From a virus (taxonomy: Duplodnaviria; Caudoviricetes), in IMG/VR virus record IMGVR_UViG_3300034166_001039, positions 1 to 24,990 of that record: 24,990 nt of DNA, one strand, 5' to 3'. Under the pieces are notes generated by a model. The model saw only the letters and a list, made by a program, of their open reading frames with translations, made no database searches and had not been told where the DNA came from. A program made the position numbers and the translations under genes. Positions 23,292 to 24,990 of this stretch are shown here, piece by piece. Position 1 is the first letter of the stretch. The number at the start of each line of letters is the position of its first letter.

Positions 23292-24191
23292 CTATTTCTT
23301 GCCTGTCAAAGCCTGCTGGCGTTCCATGCCGAGCTTCGCCAGGTGCGACTTTTGGCCGTCGCTCAACTCCGGGTCCGAGTCGAAATCCGCCGCCACATCG
23401 GCCAGCGTGTCGAGCGTCGCCGCCGCGATCCGGGCTTCGTAGCGGGCGACGGCGGACGGGGTTTGCGCCTCGGTTTCGATGAACGTCTCGCCCGCTGGCG
23501 TGGTCGGCGCGGACATTTCCAGTGCGATCCGCTCCGACTTCGTGGCAGCGTCCGACACCGGCATCGTCGTGTGTGGCGTGCGGTTCTCAGCCATCCGCTC
23601 AAGGTCATCGTCGGTCAGCACGCCGAGCACAACATCCGACGCGAATCGGCGCGCCCACTTGATGCACCCGTTGTAGACCAGCTTTTGATCCGGGTCGGTC
23701 TTCCAAAGTTGGTTTGCCGTCTTGACGTTCTTGAGGACGACCTCGACGCTTCGGCGTTCGGTCTCCCCATCGAACGTGCCGGTCACAGTCACCTTGCGGT
23801 CCTCCCCGGCGCCGCTGAAGTCGTAGGACAGCCGCGTTTTGAGGCCCGCCCGCTTGTTGACGAGTGCCTGGATCACTTTTCCCTGAAACGCGAGTTTCCC
23901 GCCGACGACGTAGGATTCCGCCGCCAACGCGAAGGGGTCCATCATCCATCGCACAGCTTGATTCACCACGAGGAACGCATTGGCGACAATCTTGTTCTGT
24001 TCGTAGGGAGTAAACACATCGCCACGCTTCGCGCCCCGCAGGTGGTCGGGCAGCAGCGGGCTTGCCGCCAACACCGTCGCCACCCGTTGCATGTGCTCGA
24101 ACATGCCCGTGTCGAGCATCGGCACCGCGTCCGTCACCACGATCTTTTGAGAGACGACCGCAGCCGGTCGCTCGGTGATTTCCGTGCTCAT
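23292..24191 (-). CDS. RecT-like single-strand annealing recombinase
   Basis: ATG 24191 by ATGA overlap; QAVRWMMDPFALA...VVGGKLAFQGKVIQALVN...LWKTDPDQKLVY...WARR...DVVLGV; paired with a YqaJ exonuclease. Confidence 0.8.
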   Translation of the reverse strand: MSTEITERPAAVVSQKIVVTDAVPMLDTGMFEHMQRVATVLAASPLLPDHLRGAKRGDVFTPYEQNKIVANAFLVVNQAVRWMMDPFALAAESYVVGGKLAFQGKVIQALVNKRAGLKTRLSYDFSGAGEDRKVTVTGTFDGETERRSVEVVLKNVKTANQLWKTDPDQKLVYNGCIKWARRFASDVVLGVLTDDDLERMAENRTPHTTMPVSDAATKSERIALEMSAPTTPAGETFIETEAQTPSAVARYEARIAAATLDTLADVAADFDSDPELSDGQKSHLAKLGMERQQALTGKK

Positions 24192-24990
24192 TTCTTGCTG
24201 ACCTCCCGCAACGTCGCGTAGGGCTTCCGCTCGTAGGAGACCGGACCACCCGCGACGACCCGCCGAACCAGTTCCAGACCATCGGGCGCACACCCGACAG
24301 CCGCGTCCCCCATCGCGAACAGCACCCGCGACCGCAGGGCCTCGCGTTCCTCTTCCAGCGTTTTGATCGACGCGGCCAGTTCCTTTTGCCGCCGCCACGC
24401 CGCCGCGATGTCTTCCGCGAGGTCGACCACCTTGCCCGCCTCGACGCCCGCATGGATCGACCGCACGAGTTCCTGGGTCGCTCCGTGCTCCCAGTCCGGT
24501 TCTGGTGGGTTGCGGTCCTTGACCCGGCCCCACAGATCCGCCTCGATGTCCGTCATGCGGGCGATCAACTTGTCGTTGCGCTCGACGCGACCCGTCCACA
24601 GGTTGCGGCCGTCAATCAGCACCGCGACATGGACCAGTTCGGCCCCGAGCACCGCCATCTGCTGCTGGCACTGCATCAGCCACTCGTCGGGGATCGCGTC
24701 GCTCCCCTCAGTCCCGATTTCCTTTGCCCGCCGCCAGTTCGTGGTTTTGATCTCGACCAGCGTCCCATCGGCGAGAATCGCGTCAGGGGTCGCCAGTTGG
24801 AACGACAACTCGTCACGGCGGAACATCGGGCAGGGAGCGTCCTCGATCACCAGCCCGGACTGCTCGACGAACCGCGTCAGGACCAGCGGTTCCAGCACCC
24901 GGCCCCAGTACATCGCCTCGTTGTCCCGCGTCTCGGCCAGTTCGCCGACCTTGCGGGCGTAGACGTGGAGCGGAGTTTCGTACTGGGAGC
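24188..24990 (-). CDS. YqaJ-like (lambda exonuclease family) nuclease, 5' truncated by the window
   Basis: Frame is open to the window edge (SQYETPLHVYARKVG...NEAMYWGRVLE); ATPD...VEIKT...QCQQQMAV motifs. Confidence 0.92.
   Translation of the reverse strand, partial: SQYETPLHVYARKVGELAETRDNEAMYWGRVLEPLVLTRFVEQSGLVIEDAPCPMFRRDELSFQLATPDAILADGTLVEIKTTNWRRAKEIGTEGSDAIPDEWLMQCQQQMAVLGAELVHVAVLIDGRNLWTGRVERNDKLIARMTDIEADLWGRVKDRNPPEPDWEHGATQELVRSIHAGVEAGKVVDLAEDIAAAWRRQKELAASIKTLEEEREALRSRVLFAMGDAAVGCAPDGLELVRRVVAGGPVSYERKPYATLREVSKK

Larger units (their letters stand above)
1..24990 (-). mobile_element. Tailed phage/prophage segment (recombination, replication, packaging, head, neck, tail start); both ends lie outside the window
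   Basis: Colinear minus-strand run of terminase, portal, capsid, neck, DnaB, RusA, RecT and YqaJ genes with pervasive stop/start overlaps. No host housekeeping gene, integrase or att site is visible, so free phage and prophage cannot be distinguished. Confidence 0.95.

Noticed and set aside
24192-24599. N-terminal extension of the RecT-like ORF (435 aa in the track)
   Set aside because: Overlaps the YqaJ gene in another frame; the ATGA-coupled start at 24191 is more plausible. The same logic was used to trim several other ORFs.
63-24962. Many long plus-strand ORFs (e.g. 9045-10310, 20820-22262, 23103-24221, 3922-5073)
   Set aside because: Antisense shadows of high-GC minus-strand genes; Arg/Pro-rich with no recognisable motifs.
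1-24990. Diversity-generating retroelement, retron, integrase/att site, or gene transfer agent
   Set aside because: No reverse transcriptase, TR/VR pair or integrase seen; its own replication and recombination genes argue against a GTA.

Overview
The whole window is one continuous segment of a high-GC tailed phage or prophage, with every credible gene on the minus strand and many tightly coupled by ATGA/GTGA/TGATG overlaps. A Planctomycetota host is my inference from the protein families. In transcription order (high to low coordinates) it holds: YqaJ exonuclease and RecT-like recombinase; a replication initiator with an internal origin-like region; DnaB; RusA; small accessory genes; a lambda-cosQ-like site; a GpA-type terminase; a gpW-like adaptor; ONE 1275-aa ORF fusing portal, prohead protease, scaffold and Mu-gpT-like major capsid; a DUF2190-like cement protein; a three-gene envelope cassette built around a papain-like peptidase; a sulfotransferase; fibre-like genes; and the neck/tail-completion genes with the start of the tail tube. 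The main oddities are two copies of a D-armless tRNA-like element (upstream of the replication gene and of the envelope cassette), the head polyprotein with an internal start and recurring L-x-A-A motifs, several structured non-coding leaders, and a HiPIP-like/RNAP alpha-CTD fusion. All family calls are by eye from motifs; no searches were run.
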